A stretch of 41,895 nucleotides of DNA from Deltaproteobacteria bacterium (lineage in GTDB: Bacteria; Desulfobacterota; Binatia; UBA12015), in contig JAYGCM010000038.1 in NCBI GenBank assembly GCA_046583355.1, forward strand, positions 1-41,895. The letters are read 5' to 3'. The notes under the pieces are model-generated. The model did not search any database. It was not told the DNA's origin and saw only the letters and a program-made list of their open reading frames with translations. The stretch's first letter is position 1, and each line of letters begins with the position of its first letter. The translations under genes were made by a program, and so were the position numbers. Shown here piece after piece: positions 18,823-27,156 of this stretch.

Positions 18823-20331
18823 ATGAGGTTAACTATGCGTGTTTCCAGATTCTTGTGCTTGGTTGCCGTTTTCTACGCGGTGTTCCCGCTACTACGGCCC
18901 TCCTCAGCGGTCGCAAAAAACTGCGGCGGTGCTGTGGAATGTGCTTGCGGCGACCGGGTTGTCGAGGATGTGGCCCTCTTCAAAGACATCGGCCCGTGCA
19001 AGGGAGACGGTTTACGCCTCCAGGCCGGCAACCTCGATTGCCAAGGCTTCCGCATCCTCGGGCTGGACAACCGCAAGGATTACGACGGGATTCGTGTCGA
19101 TTCTCCGCTTGGTAGTGCCATTCGGAACTGCCGTATTTCCGGTTTCTATGACGGTGTCTACTTCGACGGCTACGCCGGCAGTTCGATGGCGCAGAGCGAA
19201 TCCATCGGCAATTTCATCGGGATCCGCACCGGTGACGGCGCCTCCCGCATTCAGATTTCGGAGAATTACGTCCACCTGAACCGCGGCCAGGGGATTCACA
19301 TTGGCGGCGGTTCGCACCAGGTGGAGGTGCTGCGTAATATCCTTGGCGACAATGGCGAGGAGGGCATCTTCATCATCGAAGCCATCGGCACGAAAATCCA
19401 TGGCAATACGATCATGCGCGCTCGCGATACCGCCATTCTTTTCAAGCACGCGCGGAATTCGACGGTTACCAACAATACGATCGAGGAGCGCTCGATCTAT
19501 ATCCGCGGTCTATCCTTCGGAAACGTCTTTGAGGGCAATGTATTGAAGCGCGGGCGGTTCACCTTCGAGGGTATTCGTGAAGACGGCCTCTGGAGCTTCC
19601 CCCATCATAATACCGTAACCGGAGGCAAGGTGCTGCGGGCCAGCCGTTGCTTCGAGTTCAGCGGCGCGCACGACAATATCATCACCCAGGTCGAGACCGA
19701 TGGTTGTACGCCCTCGATCGAGAGGGAACTCGGCGGGCGTCTGCCGAGCGGTAACATAATCGTGCTTCTCGGCGACGAGACTCCCCCCTTGCCTCAGCCG
19801 CCCTCGCCCATAGGTGGTAGCGGCTCGGGTGGATCCACCGGTGGATCCCATGGCTCTGGCCAGACCGGCAGCGGCAGTGCGGGCGAGGGCATGGCGGAGA
19901 GCCCCGAAGGCAAACTGCGCCGCGGTGAGATCCGCATCAGCAACGATGCCCGCCGCGAGGACCAACTCAAGATTCGCGCGGACTTCTATCCCCCCGCCGG
20001 TTTCCGCGTCCAGGGAAAGCGAATTACCTTGGCCGTCGCAGACGGTGCACGGCCCGTCTACCAATCCGTCGTCGACCCCGAGATGCTGCGGCTCAGCAGC
20101 CGCGGCGTCAAATTCGGCGATGCACGGGGCCGCAAGGCCAACGGACTCCGCATACTTCAGATTCGCGAACAGCGAGATGCGCACGAACTCTCGGTCGTAG
20201 TAAAATCGAAGTTCAGGGGTTCGGTTTCCAAGAACCTCATCATCACGCTGCATATCGGCGAGGAGCGCTTCGAGTTGGCAGGCCAATGGGAGAAGCGCGG
20301 TAGCGGCTACCAGCTGGCACGCCGACGCTGA
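18823..20331 (+). CDS. Secreted parallel beta-helix protein, paralog of 10805-12253, with basic C-terminal domain
   Basis: CGGAVECACGD..., LFKHARN...GRFTF...W.FPH.NTVTGG.VL.AS.CF.F.GA.DN colinear with 10805-12253; alternative start 18835. Confidence 0.88.
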   Translation: MRLTMRVSRFLCLVAVFYAVFPLLRPSSAVAKNCGGAVECACGDRVVEDVALFKDIGPCKGDGLRLQAGNLDCQGFRILGLDNRKDYDGIRVDSPLGSAIRNCRISGFYDGVYFDGYAGSSMAQSESIGNFIGIRTGDGASRIQISENYVHLNRGQGIHIGGGSHQVEVLRNILGDNGEEGIFIIEAIGTKIHGNTIMRARDTAILFKHARNSTVTNNTIEERSIYIRGLSFGNVFEGNVLKRGRFTFEGIREDGLWSFPHHNTVTGGKVLRASRCFEFSGAHDNIITQVETDGCTPSIERELGGRLPSGNIIVLLGDETPPLPQPPSPIGGSGSGGSTGGSHGSGQTGSGSAGEGMAESPEGKLRRGEIRISNDARREDQLKIRADFYPPAGFRVQGKRITLAVADGARPVYQSVVDPEMLRLSSRGVKFGDARGRKANGLRILQIREQRDAHELSVVVKSKFRGSVSKNLIITLHIGEERFELAGQWEKRGSGYQLARRR

Positions 20332-20424
20332 ACCAACCCCGCCCCGCCAGAGACACCCGAGCACCATCTGACCGAAGGCGGCCGCGCCTCCAGGCCTCGT
20401 TCCGGCAAGAATCATGGACGTGAA

Positions 20425-20655
20425 TCACCCGGTGGCGTAGCGGTTGGCTCTGCGCATCGAGTCGATATCGTTGAACCGGACGCCGTTCTCGCGCAGGATG
20501 CGATGCGCGGCGGCGGCCGAGAGTTGGCGCATATAGAACGGCTCCGGGACGTAGAAATGGTGAATGCTATGGGTGCTGCCGAAGTTGGCGCAGAACGCCT
20601 GTAGTGGCAGCATATACCAAGGGGCCAGAACCTGCGTCTGCTTGACGGCGCTTGC
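20425..20655 (-). pseudogene. C-terminal fragment of a membrane fatty acid desaturase
   Basis: VKQTQVLAPWYMLPLQAFCANFGSTHSIHHFYVPEPFYMRQ...GVRFND..SMRRANRY* carries only the last His box (HSIHH); the N-terminal ~3/4 is absent. Confidence 0.75.
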
Positions 20656-21567
20656 TTACGCGGCCGCTCTGGCGGCGAGCAGGTTGCGCAGCGAGGCGGG
20701 GTCGAAAGGGGCGGGCTCGGTCTGCTCGATGAAGTCCGCCAGCGCGGCCGCAAACCGCGTTGGCTCCTCGACATGGAGGAAATGACCGGCCTTCTCGAAG
20801 ATCTCGATTCGGCAATTGTCGATCCGATCGGCCGCTGCGTAGGCGTGCTTGACCGGGATGATATCGTCGCGCCCGCCCCACAGGACCAGGGTGGGGATGG
20901 CGCCAGCGAGGTAGAGCCGATCGTTCGCACTCACCGATTGTCCGCCAGGGTCGATCACCGCACGCACCGTTTTGATGAACGCGTCACGACTCTCGCCGTC
21001 TGCCAATGTCGCATAAGCGCGCCACATCTCGGTTGCGTGCGGTGCGTGCAGGCCGCGATCGTACAGGAAGGCCGCCAGCCCGTTGCCGGCGTCGCGGACG
21101 AAGCGCGGGCAGAGGAATGGCAGCAGGAGCTCGGCTCCCGGCAGGGCAAGGAATCGCAGGATCCAGCTCACCTCGCGGCCGAGCCCGCCGCTGCCCGCCA
21201 GCACGAGGCGCTCGCAGATTTCCGGGTGCTGGTAGGCGAGTTGCATCGCCACGCCACCGCCTAATGATTGTCCGACCACGGTGGCTTGCTCGATGCCCAG
21301 CACGCCCACGAGCAGATCGCGGATGCGGCTTGCCTGTGCGCCGAGCGAGTAGTCGCCCATCGGCTTGGCCGAGTCGCCGTGCCCCAGCAGATCCGGCGCC
21401 ACGACCGTGTAGTCGCGTGCGAGAACCGACATGACGTCCAGCCAGGTGCGTGAGCTACCGGCCATGCCGTGAATCATCAGAATGACCGGCCCGTTGCCTG
21501 CCATGCGGTAGCCCACCTGGTGGCCATGCAATGTCGCTCGACGCACGCGCAAATCGATCGACATCAT
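20656..21567 (-). CDS. Alpha/beta fold hydrolase
   Basis: LMIHGMAGSS, APDLLGHGDS, nucleophile elbow GQSLGG, WGGRDDIIP, AGHFLHVEEP. Confidence 0.95.
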   Translation of the reverse strand: MMSIDLRVRRATLHGHQVGYRMAGNGPVILMIHGMAGSSRTWLDVMSVLARDYTVVAPDLLGHGDSAKPMGDYSLGAQASRIRDLLVGVLGIEQATVVGQSLGGGVAMQLAYQHPEICERLVLAGSGGLGREVSWILRFLALPGAELLLPFLCPRFVRDAGNGLAAFLYDRGLHAPHATEMWRAYATLADGESRDAFIKTVRAVIDPGGQSVSANDRLYLAGAIPTLVLWGGRDDIIPVKHAYAAADRIDNCRIEIFEKAGHFLHVEEPTRFAAALADFIEQTEPAPFDPASLRNLLAARAAA

Positions 21568-22070
21568 GAATCTTCATTCTCGTCGGCTGCCGTCTCATCC
21601 TTGGCCGCCAATGACGCCACCGCTCGGGCGCAGAGCCAGGCGCGCGGCTGGTCTCCGGGAGTGCTCAAGTCTGCGAAGGCTCGGCTGCCGCGCGGCAGCT
21701 CGGCGCCGCATTGGGTGCAGGGAGTCGGTTGGTTGAGCACGACCTCGCTCCAGGCCTGCACGCGTGCGAGCCGGTCCTCGCTGGCGGGCTGGGAATCGCG
21801 ACAGGGCGCGGTGAGATCCTGGTAGGCATCCTGCCCGAGCTGGCCGATTTTGCGCGCGTCCCGCCCGACCTGTTGGGCGAGTTCAACCGAGCCGCTTACG
21901 ATCTGGTCGACGCTCTCCACAACGCCATCGACGAGATCAAATGTGTCCTCAAGGACGTTGCGAATCATCTGGGATACGGTGGTGCGCCGCCGACGTGCCT
22001 CGTCCTTGAGCGTCGCCTCGAGCTTCTCGGGCACGCGCGTCTGGACCAGGCGGTTCTTGGGTTCGTTCAT
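21564..22070 (-). CDS. Ribbon-helix-helix (CopG/Arc-like) DNA-binding protein with C-terminal Cys cluster
   Basis: RLVQTRVPEKLEATLKDEARRRRTTVSQMIRNVL fits the RHH strand-helix-helix pattern; CTQCG...WLC; ATGA overlap with the hydrolase. Confidence 0.7.
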   Translation of the reverse strand: MNEPKNRLVQTRVPEKLEATLKDEARRRRTTVSQMIRNVLEDTFDLVDGVVESVDQIVSGSVELAQQVGRDARKIGQLGQDAYQDLTAPCRDSQPASEDRLARVQAWSEVVLNQPTPCTQCGAELPRGSRAFADLSTPGDQPRAWLCARAVASLAAKDETAADENEDS

Positions 22071-22087
22071 CGTTGGCTGCCGCGTCG

Positions 22088-22375
22088 CTACTGGGCGCCG
22101 AGGTCGGGATCCAGGCTACGCGGCGCCAGGAGATCCGACAGCAGGCGGGTGACCTGGCGGTTCACGTCGCGAACCAAGTCGTAGGTAAAACCGATCGAGC
22201 GCTCTTGCACGTCGCTGATTTCCTGAGCCGTCTGTTCGAAGAAGCCGCTTTTTTGCATCAATTCCAGGGGGGCCCCCGCAATCGACCGGTGGAGCTGCTC
22301 TACGCTCGTCGCGGTGCGCTCGACCGCCTCGCCAAGCCAATCCAATTTACCTTCTGCTTCGTGTCGTTCCGTCAT
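22088..22375 (-). CDS. Small amphipathic helical hypothetical protein
   Basis: 95 aa from MTERHEAEG; AGGA RBS; first gene of a three-gene operon. Confidence 0.7.
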   Translation of the reverse strand: MTERHEAEGKLDWLGEAVERTATSVEQLHRSIAGAPLELMQKSGFFEQTAQEISDVQERSIGFTYDLVRDVNRQVTRLLSDLLAPRSLDPDLGAQ

Positions 22376-22442
22376 CGTCCTGTCCTTTGGTCGCTGTCGT
22401 CCCACACCGCACGATGCGACGCCCGACGACTTCTCCGTTCTC

Positions 22443-22467
22443 GTATGTCATACTTTGTATTACAAAG
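22443..22467. promoter_or_regulatory. Twin palindromes, candidate operator upstream of the RHH operon
   Basis: GTATG-T-CATAC (22443-22453) overlapping CTTTGTA-T-TACAAAG (22453-22467) in an AT-rich patch. Confidence 0.6.
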
Positions 22468-22676
22468 CAACCCTGAATCCTGCCGGGGCTCCCTCCCCCG
22501 AATTCTCCAGCGCCACCGGCCCTTTTCATTTTAATCGGGCGGCAGCGAGCAAAGTATGCGCAGAACCAAAGCCCGATGTGCTAGGTTGCGCGGGAACGAT
22601 TCGATCTGCGTCCCTAGCGAGGCCCGATTCTGAAGGCGATCTCGATTCTTCTGCCTCCACCCCACTGGAGCCTCCC

Positions 22677-25424
22677 GTGCGTCAAGCTGTTTTTGGTCTA
22701 CCCCTCTTTTTGTCGATTCTCGCCGGCATTACCTTGCTTGGCGGAGGAACAGCGGCCGCACAGACGTCGCTCTTCGTTTCGAGTGATCCTGATGTGATCT
22801 GTACGACGCTGCTCGTCCAGGGTGGTCAGGTAATTTTTGAGGGCGATATGATCGTGGGTCGCTGTGAGCAGGACGCCCGCGGAGCATGGAGTTTTGCTCC
22901 GGAAGGGCCAATCGGCGACGCTATCATCGGCCATGCGCCGCGGGCGGCGTTCCGCGAAACGGCCACTTGGCCGCGCGGCATCATGCCCTATGTGATTGAT
23001 TCTTCGCTGGCTGCGTCGCCGGACGTCCTCCAGGACATCGGCCGCGCGATCCGCCACTGGAAGGACGTGGCCGGGGTGGAGCTGATCCCGCGCACGACGG
23101 AGACGTCGTATGTGAAATTCCAGGCTGGTAGTGGCTGTAGCTCCGCGGTTGGACGAACGGGTTCGGAGCAGCCGATCAATCTCGCGTCCAATGGCAGCTG
23201 CGGCTTCGGTGCGACGGTTCATGAGATTGGACATGCGTTCGGATTTTGGCATGAGCAATCACGGCAGGACCGAGATGATTATGTGGCCGTGGCTGTCGGA
23301 AATGTCAGCACGACAGCCTGCGGCGGTGGTGATTGTTCCCACAACTTCAACAAATACGGGCTGAACTGGGGACAGGATTTTTCGGGCTATGACTACGGGT
23401 CGATCATGCATTATTCCGGGACCGCTTTCGGAATCGGCTCGCCCGCAGCGGATACGATTGTTCCGCTTGAACCTGCCTTTGCCGATTGGCAGGCGATCCA
23501 CGGCAATATCAAGATTGGATTTCGAGCCCACCTGAGCACGGCTGACGGCGCGGCGGCACAGAACTTCCGGGAAGCATGTCTGGGCGGGACAGCCACCGGG
23601 GCGGCCCATTGGGAAACCAGCGCATGGAGCGGTTGCTCAACCGGGTGTCCCACGGGGCTTCGCACGCGCGAGGCCTATTGCATCGATGCTGCCGGTGGCT
23701 GCGTAGCGGAAAGTAATTGCGTGGAGGGGATGCCCGAGCTGACAGATGAATGTACGGGGCTTACGCTCACCTGTGATTTTGAGAATGACGCATGCGGTTG
23801 GGACCATCGTGAGACTGGCGATGGCTTTGATTGGGTAGTTGGACAGGGCCCGGGTGAGAGCCGAGGTCTTGCCGGCATCGCTTCCTACAGCAGTGGTCCG
23901 GCGGCCGACCATACGGTGGGGACCGACGACGGAACGTATTATTATTTGGACACCCTCAGGCGGTTCAAAATGGGTCAGGAGCCAGCCGCCGGCGAGGAAG
24001 CTCATCTGACTTCCTACCCGCTCGATATTCCGGCGGGTGCTACCCTATCGTTCTGGTACCACGGGCACGGCGCACAATGCCGAAACGCGAAGAGCCAGGC
24101 TTGTACGACGGATGCCGATTGCGCCCTTTGGACCGGCCCGGCGATCTGCGATGCGATTCCCGGTGCGGAGTTGCAAAGCATCTCGTGCAGTACCGGTGTG
24201 CCGGAGGTCCTCTGGAGTTCGCAGAATGAGAGCCCCGTCAGTCAGGATTCGTGGCGGCAAGCTACGGTTACCCTCAGCGCTGGCGAGGGTTTGCGACTTC
24301 GTTTCGTCGGTGCCGCATTGCCGGGCTACGACCACTACACCTGCAGCGAGGGGGGCAACAAATGCACCGGCGACAACCAGTGTTTCGGCGGCTCCACGGA
24401 TCTCTGCGTACTGAGGGGAACGCGGACATCCTATACCGATAGCTTCGCTCTCGATGATATCGTTCTGAGCCCCGAGTCGAGTTGCGGCTCGAGCCAGTGC
24501 CAGACCGAGGTTGCACAAACCAAAAACCAACAGAAATGCATCAACACGATGAACGCATTCGCCCTCAAGGTGGCGAAGCTGCAAGGTAAGGAATCGCTCG
24601 GCTGCGTGAAGAATGCGGGCAAGGGAAAATTGCCCACGGGCCAGACCATCGCCGAGTGTGAGGTGGCCGATGCCAAGGGCAAGATGGCGAAGCTCGCGGC
24701 GAAATTGCAGGTCGCCCAGGACGGCGAACCGGACCATCTGGACAAGACAAAATGTCCGGCGCCGAAACCCGACTTCGCCTACGTGGATGGCGCGGTGCTG
24801 GTGGCGGCCGTGGCCGAACTCGAGCGTGAATTCGCAAGCTCGATCCTCGGCGACGATGCGGACGCGGTGGTGATCGACGTGACCGATAAAGCCAACAAGA
24901 AGCTCGGCCTCTGTCAGCAGACAATGCTGAAATCGACCGATAAAATCCTGCAAACGCAGCTCAAGGAGTTCATCAAGTGCAAGAAGATCGCCTTGAAGAA
25001 CCAGACATCGCCGGTCCTCTCGGCGGTCGGTCTGGAGATCTGCATGGCGGCCATCGGGGATGACGCCAAGGGAAAGGTCGAGAAGGCCCGTGTCAAGACA
25101 GACGATCTCTTCGCCAGGAAATGCACCGAGGAAGGCCACGCGCTCGACGCGGTGCTGGCGGGCGCTTGTGCGGCTGGTGCGGCGGATATCGCATCGTTCT
25201 CGACCTGCGTCGTGACCGAGGGTGCGTGCATCGCGTGTCGCATGATGAACGCCGCCGACGACCTGAACGCCGATTGCGACCTGGTCGACGATGGGGTGGA
25301 TAATGCCAGCTGCGGCGAGCTCACCAGCTCGCCGAGCGGGAGCTTTCTCGATTACTCTCAACACGGGTGGCGTCTTCCCCTCCCCCTCGGCTCCAACCGA
25401 GGGCCTTGTGGTTTGAACTCATAA
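22677..25424 (+). CDS. Secreted astacin-family (M12A) zinc metalloprotease with TSP1-like, MAM and duplicated Cys-rich helical domains
   Basis: GGAG RBS + GTG 22677 + signal peptide; pro-motif FEGDMIV; HEIGHAFGFWHEQSRQDRD; Met-turn SIMHY; WETSAWSGCSTGC..GLRTREAYC; CDFENDACGW...GPAADHTVGT..GTYYYLDT. Confidence 0.92.
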   Translation: MRQAVFGLPLFLSILAGITLLGGGTAAAQTSLFVSSDPDVICTTLLVQGGQVIFEGDMIVGRCEQDARGAWSFAPEGPIGDAIIGHAPRAAFRETATWPRGIMPYVIDSSLAASPDVLQDIGRAIRHWKDVAGVELIPRTTETSYVKFQAGSGCSSAVGRTGSEQPINLASNGSCGFGATVHEIGHAFGFWHEQSRQDRDDYVAVAVGNVSTTACGGGDCSHNFNKYGLNWGQDFSGYDYGSIMHYSGTAFGIGSPAADTIVPLEPAFADWQAIHGNIKIGFRAHLSTADGAAAQNFREACLGGTATGAAHWETSAWSGCSTGCPTGLRTREAYCIDAAGGCVAESNCVEGMPELTDECTGLTLTCDFENDACGWDHRETGDGFDWVVGQGPGESRGLAGIASYSSGPAADHTVGTDDGTYYYLDTLRRFKMGQEPAAGEEAHLTSYPLDIPAGATLSFWYHGHGAQCRNAKSQACTTDADCALWTGPAICDAIPGAELQSISCSTGVPEVLWSSQNESPVSQDSWRQATVTLSAGEGLRLRFVGAALPGYDHYTCSEGGNKCTGDNQCFGGSTDLCVLRGTRTSYTDSFALDDIVLSPESSCGSSQCQTEVAQTKNQQKCINTMNAFALKVAKLQGKESLGCVKNAGKGKLPTGQTIAECEVADAKGKMAKLAAKLQVAQDGEPDHLDKTKCPAPKPDFAYVDGAVLVAAVAELEREFASSILGDDADAVVIDVTDKANKKLGLCQQTMLKSTDKILQTQLKEFIKCKKIALKNQTSPVLSAVGLEICMAAIGDDAKGKVEKARVKTDDLFARKCTEEGHALDAVLAGACAAGAADIASFSTCVVTEGACIACRMMNAADDLNADCDLVDDGVDNASCGELTSSPSGSFLDYSQHGWRLPLPLGSNRGPCGLNS

Positions 25425-25569
25425 AGGAAGGATACGCCGTCTTTTCACGTTTTCCAGAATCCACAGAATTCGGTAATATCTCGCTTCGTGGCTACGCCGG
25501 TCTTTGTGATTACGGACCCGGAGTGATCCCGTCGGCTTCGGTCATTTGGTGCCGCCAGCAGCTCTGACA

Positions 25570-27132
25570 ATGCATAATTCACCGACAGGAAAAATGCCCC
25601 GGCCAGGCTGGGCCGTGCTCGGGGCGATCCTCCTCTGCGCCGGATGGCTGCGGTTTACCGGCCTGGACTTCGGTGGTCCGGACATCCCCGCGCGTCCCGA
25701 TGAGGGTGGCTTTCCCTATACGCTCGACGCGCTCTCGCGCGGAAGCATCTTCCCGCCACTGCCGATCTATGGCGGGGGCTTTTTCTTCCCCGCCTACGGC
25801 TTCGTTCGCGTCCTCGACTGGCTGCAGCCGGCCGACCTCGGCATCGGCGACCTGCATGCGACCATCCTCGCGGGGCGGGCGTTCTCCGCCGCGGTCGGTA
25901 CGGTGACTATCTTCCTCGTCTGGTGCATCGCGAGGCGCCTCTACGATTGGCGTGCCGGCCTGCTCGCCGCGCTGGCTCTCGCCTTCAATCCGCTCGCCGT
26001 GCGCGAAGCGCATTTCGCCAAGGCGGATACCGCGGCGGCGCTGGCGATCGCGATCTTTTTGCTTTGCCTGGCGACCGAGTGGCGTACGCTTCTGCGCCGC
26101 GCCTGCGCCATCGGCGCGGGTCTGGCGATCGCCCTCAGCACGAAGGCGAGTATCGGTGTCCTGCCGGCGGCCGGCCTCGCGCTACTCGGACGGGACGTCG
26201 GCGAATGGCGGCATTTCAACCGTCGTACGCTCTTGGCCGGGGGATTGGCGACACTTCTTGTTTTCGTCCTCCTCAACCCCTTTTGGCTGACTCATCCGAG
26301 GGATTCGTGGAGCTTCTGGATGGCGACGATCGACGCGCTGAAGTCGGGCTCCTGGTTTCCCGGCACGGCGCCGAGCACCGGTCCGCTCGCCTACCATTTC
26401 GGCGTTACCGCGCGGTACGGACTCGGCTGGGCCGGCACCATTCTCGTCGCGCCGGCCCTGATCTTCGGGCTGCTGCGCGGGGGTGCGGCGCGCCTGATTG
26501 CGATCGCCTGCCTCGGCCAGATTGCGAAGCTGTCTTCGAGCCCGATGGCGCTCGCGCGCTACGCGTTGCCCATCGTGCCGGGTCTGCTCGTCCTGAGCGC
26601 GGTCCTGATCGTGTACATCTGGGATCGGATTCCATGGCCAGCGATGTGGCGTGCGGTGACGTTGGGCCTCGTCGCTTTGCTGCTCGTCCTCGAGCCCGCC
26701 GAGAGAAGCGTGCGCCTTGCCCATCTGCTCACGCTGGCCGATACCCGTGAACTCGCTGCGGTGTGGGTCGCGGAGAACCTGCCGGAAGACGGCATCGTGC
26801 TCAGCTGGGGTGCGCCGCCGCGAGCCCGGGATTGGGGCCTGCCGCCGATGGGCCGCCGCCGCGTCTTGCGCGGCCTGCTACCCGCCGAAGCATACGCGCA
26901 GGGTGCGCGATGGCTCGTGCGGCACGAATACCCCACGGCGTATTCCACCGAGCCGCTCGTCCCGGTCGGACGACTTGTCGCGAGCTTCGACCCCTACACG
27001 GGTGTCGGTCCGGCTCCCGTGGTGGAAACCTTCGACGCCTTCTATTTGCCGATCGGCAATCTCGAATCCGTTGAGCGCCCGGGGCCGCGGATCACGATCT
27101 ACGCTCTTGAGGCGCCGCGCGATCGGCAATGA
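25570..27132 (+). CDS. GT-C membrane glycosyltransferase (PMT/ArnT-like, GT39/GT83 type)
   Basis: Multi-TM; RPDE in the first loop; GRAFSAAVG, AHFAKAD, ALSTK and RYALPIVP motifs; start could be 25594. Confidence 0.85.
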   Translation: MHNSPTGKMPRPGWAVLGAILLCAGWLRFTGLDFGGPDIPARPDEGGFPYTLDALSRGSIFPPLPIYGGGFFFPAYGFVRVLDWLQPADLGIGDLHATILAGRAFSAAVGTVTIFLVWCIARRLYDWRAGLLAALALAFNPLAVREAHFAKADTAAALAIAIFLLCLATEWRTLLRRACAIGAGLAIALSTKASIGVLPAAGLALLGRDVGEWRHFNRRTLLAGGLATLLVFVLLNPFWLTHPRDSWSFWMATIDALKSGSWFPGTAPSTGPLAYHFGVTARYGLGWAGTILVAPALIFGLLRGGAARLIAIACLGQIAKLSSSPMALARYALPIVPGLLVLSAVLIVYIWDRIPWPAMWRAVTLGLVALLLVLEPAERSVRLAHLLTLADTRELAAVWVAENLPEDGIVLSWGAPPRARDWGLPPMGRRRVLRGLLPAEAYAQGARWLVRHEYPTAYSTEPLVPVGRLVASFDPYTGVGPAPVVETFDAFYLPIGNLESVERPGPRITIYALEAPRDRQ

Positions 27133-27156
27133 GGACCCGGCGCCGCCGGCCCGGGT

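Noticed and set aside
21564..22375. RHH gene pair as a type II toxin-antitoxin system
   Set aside because: Neither neighbour resembles a known toxin fold; the RHH protein is long and coupled to an alpha/beta hydrolase
22314..22676. N-terminal extension of the astacin ORF to 1036 aa
   Set aside because: Overlaps the divergent gene and operator; RBS + GTG at 22677 puts the signal peptide at the N-terminus
34..25424. Multiheme cytochrome or RiPP interpretation of the Cys-rich proteins
   Set aside because: No CxxCH motifs noticed in the supported ORFs and no RiPP maturation enzymes; Cys patterns fit disulfide-bonded extracellular modules
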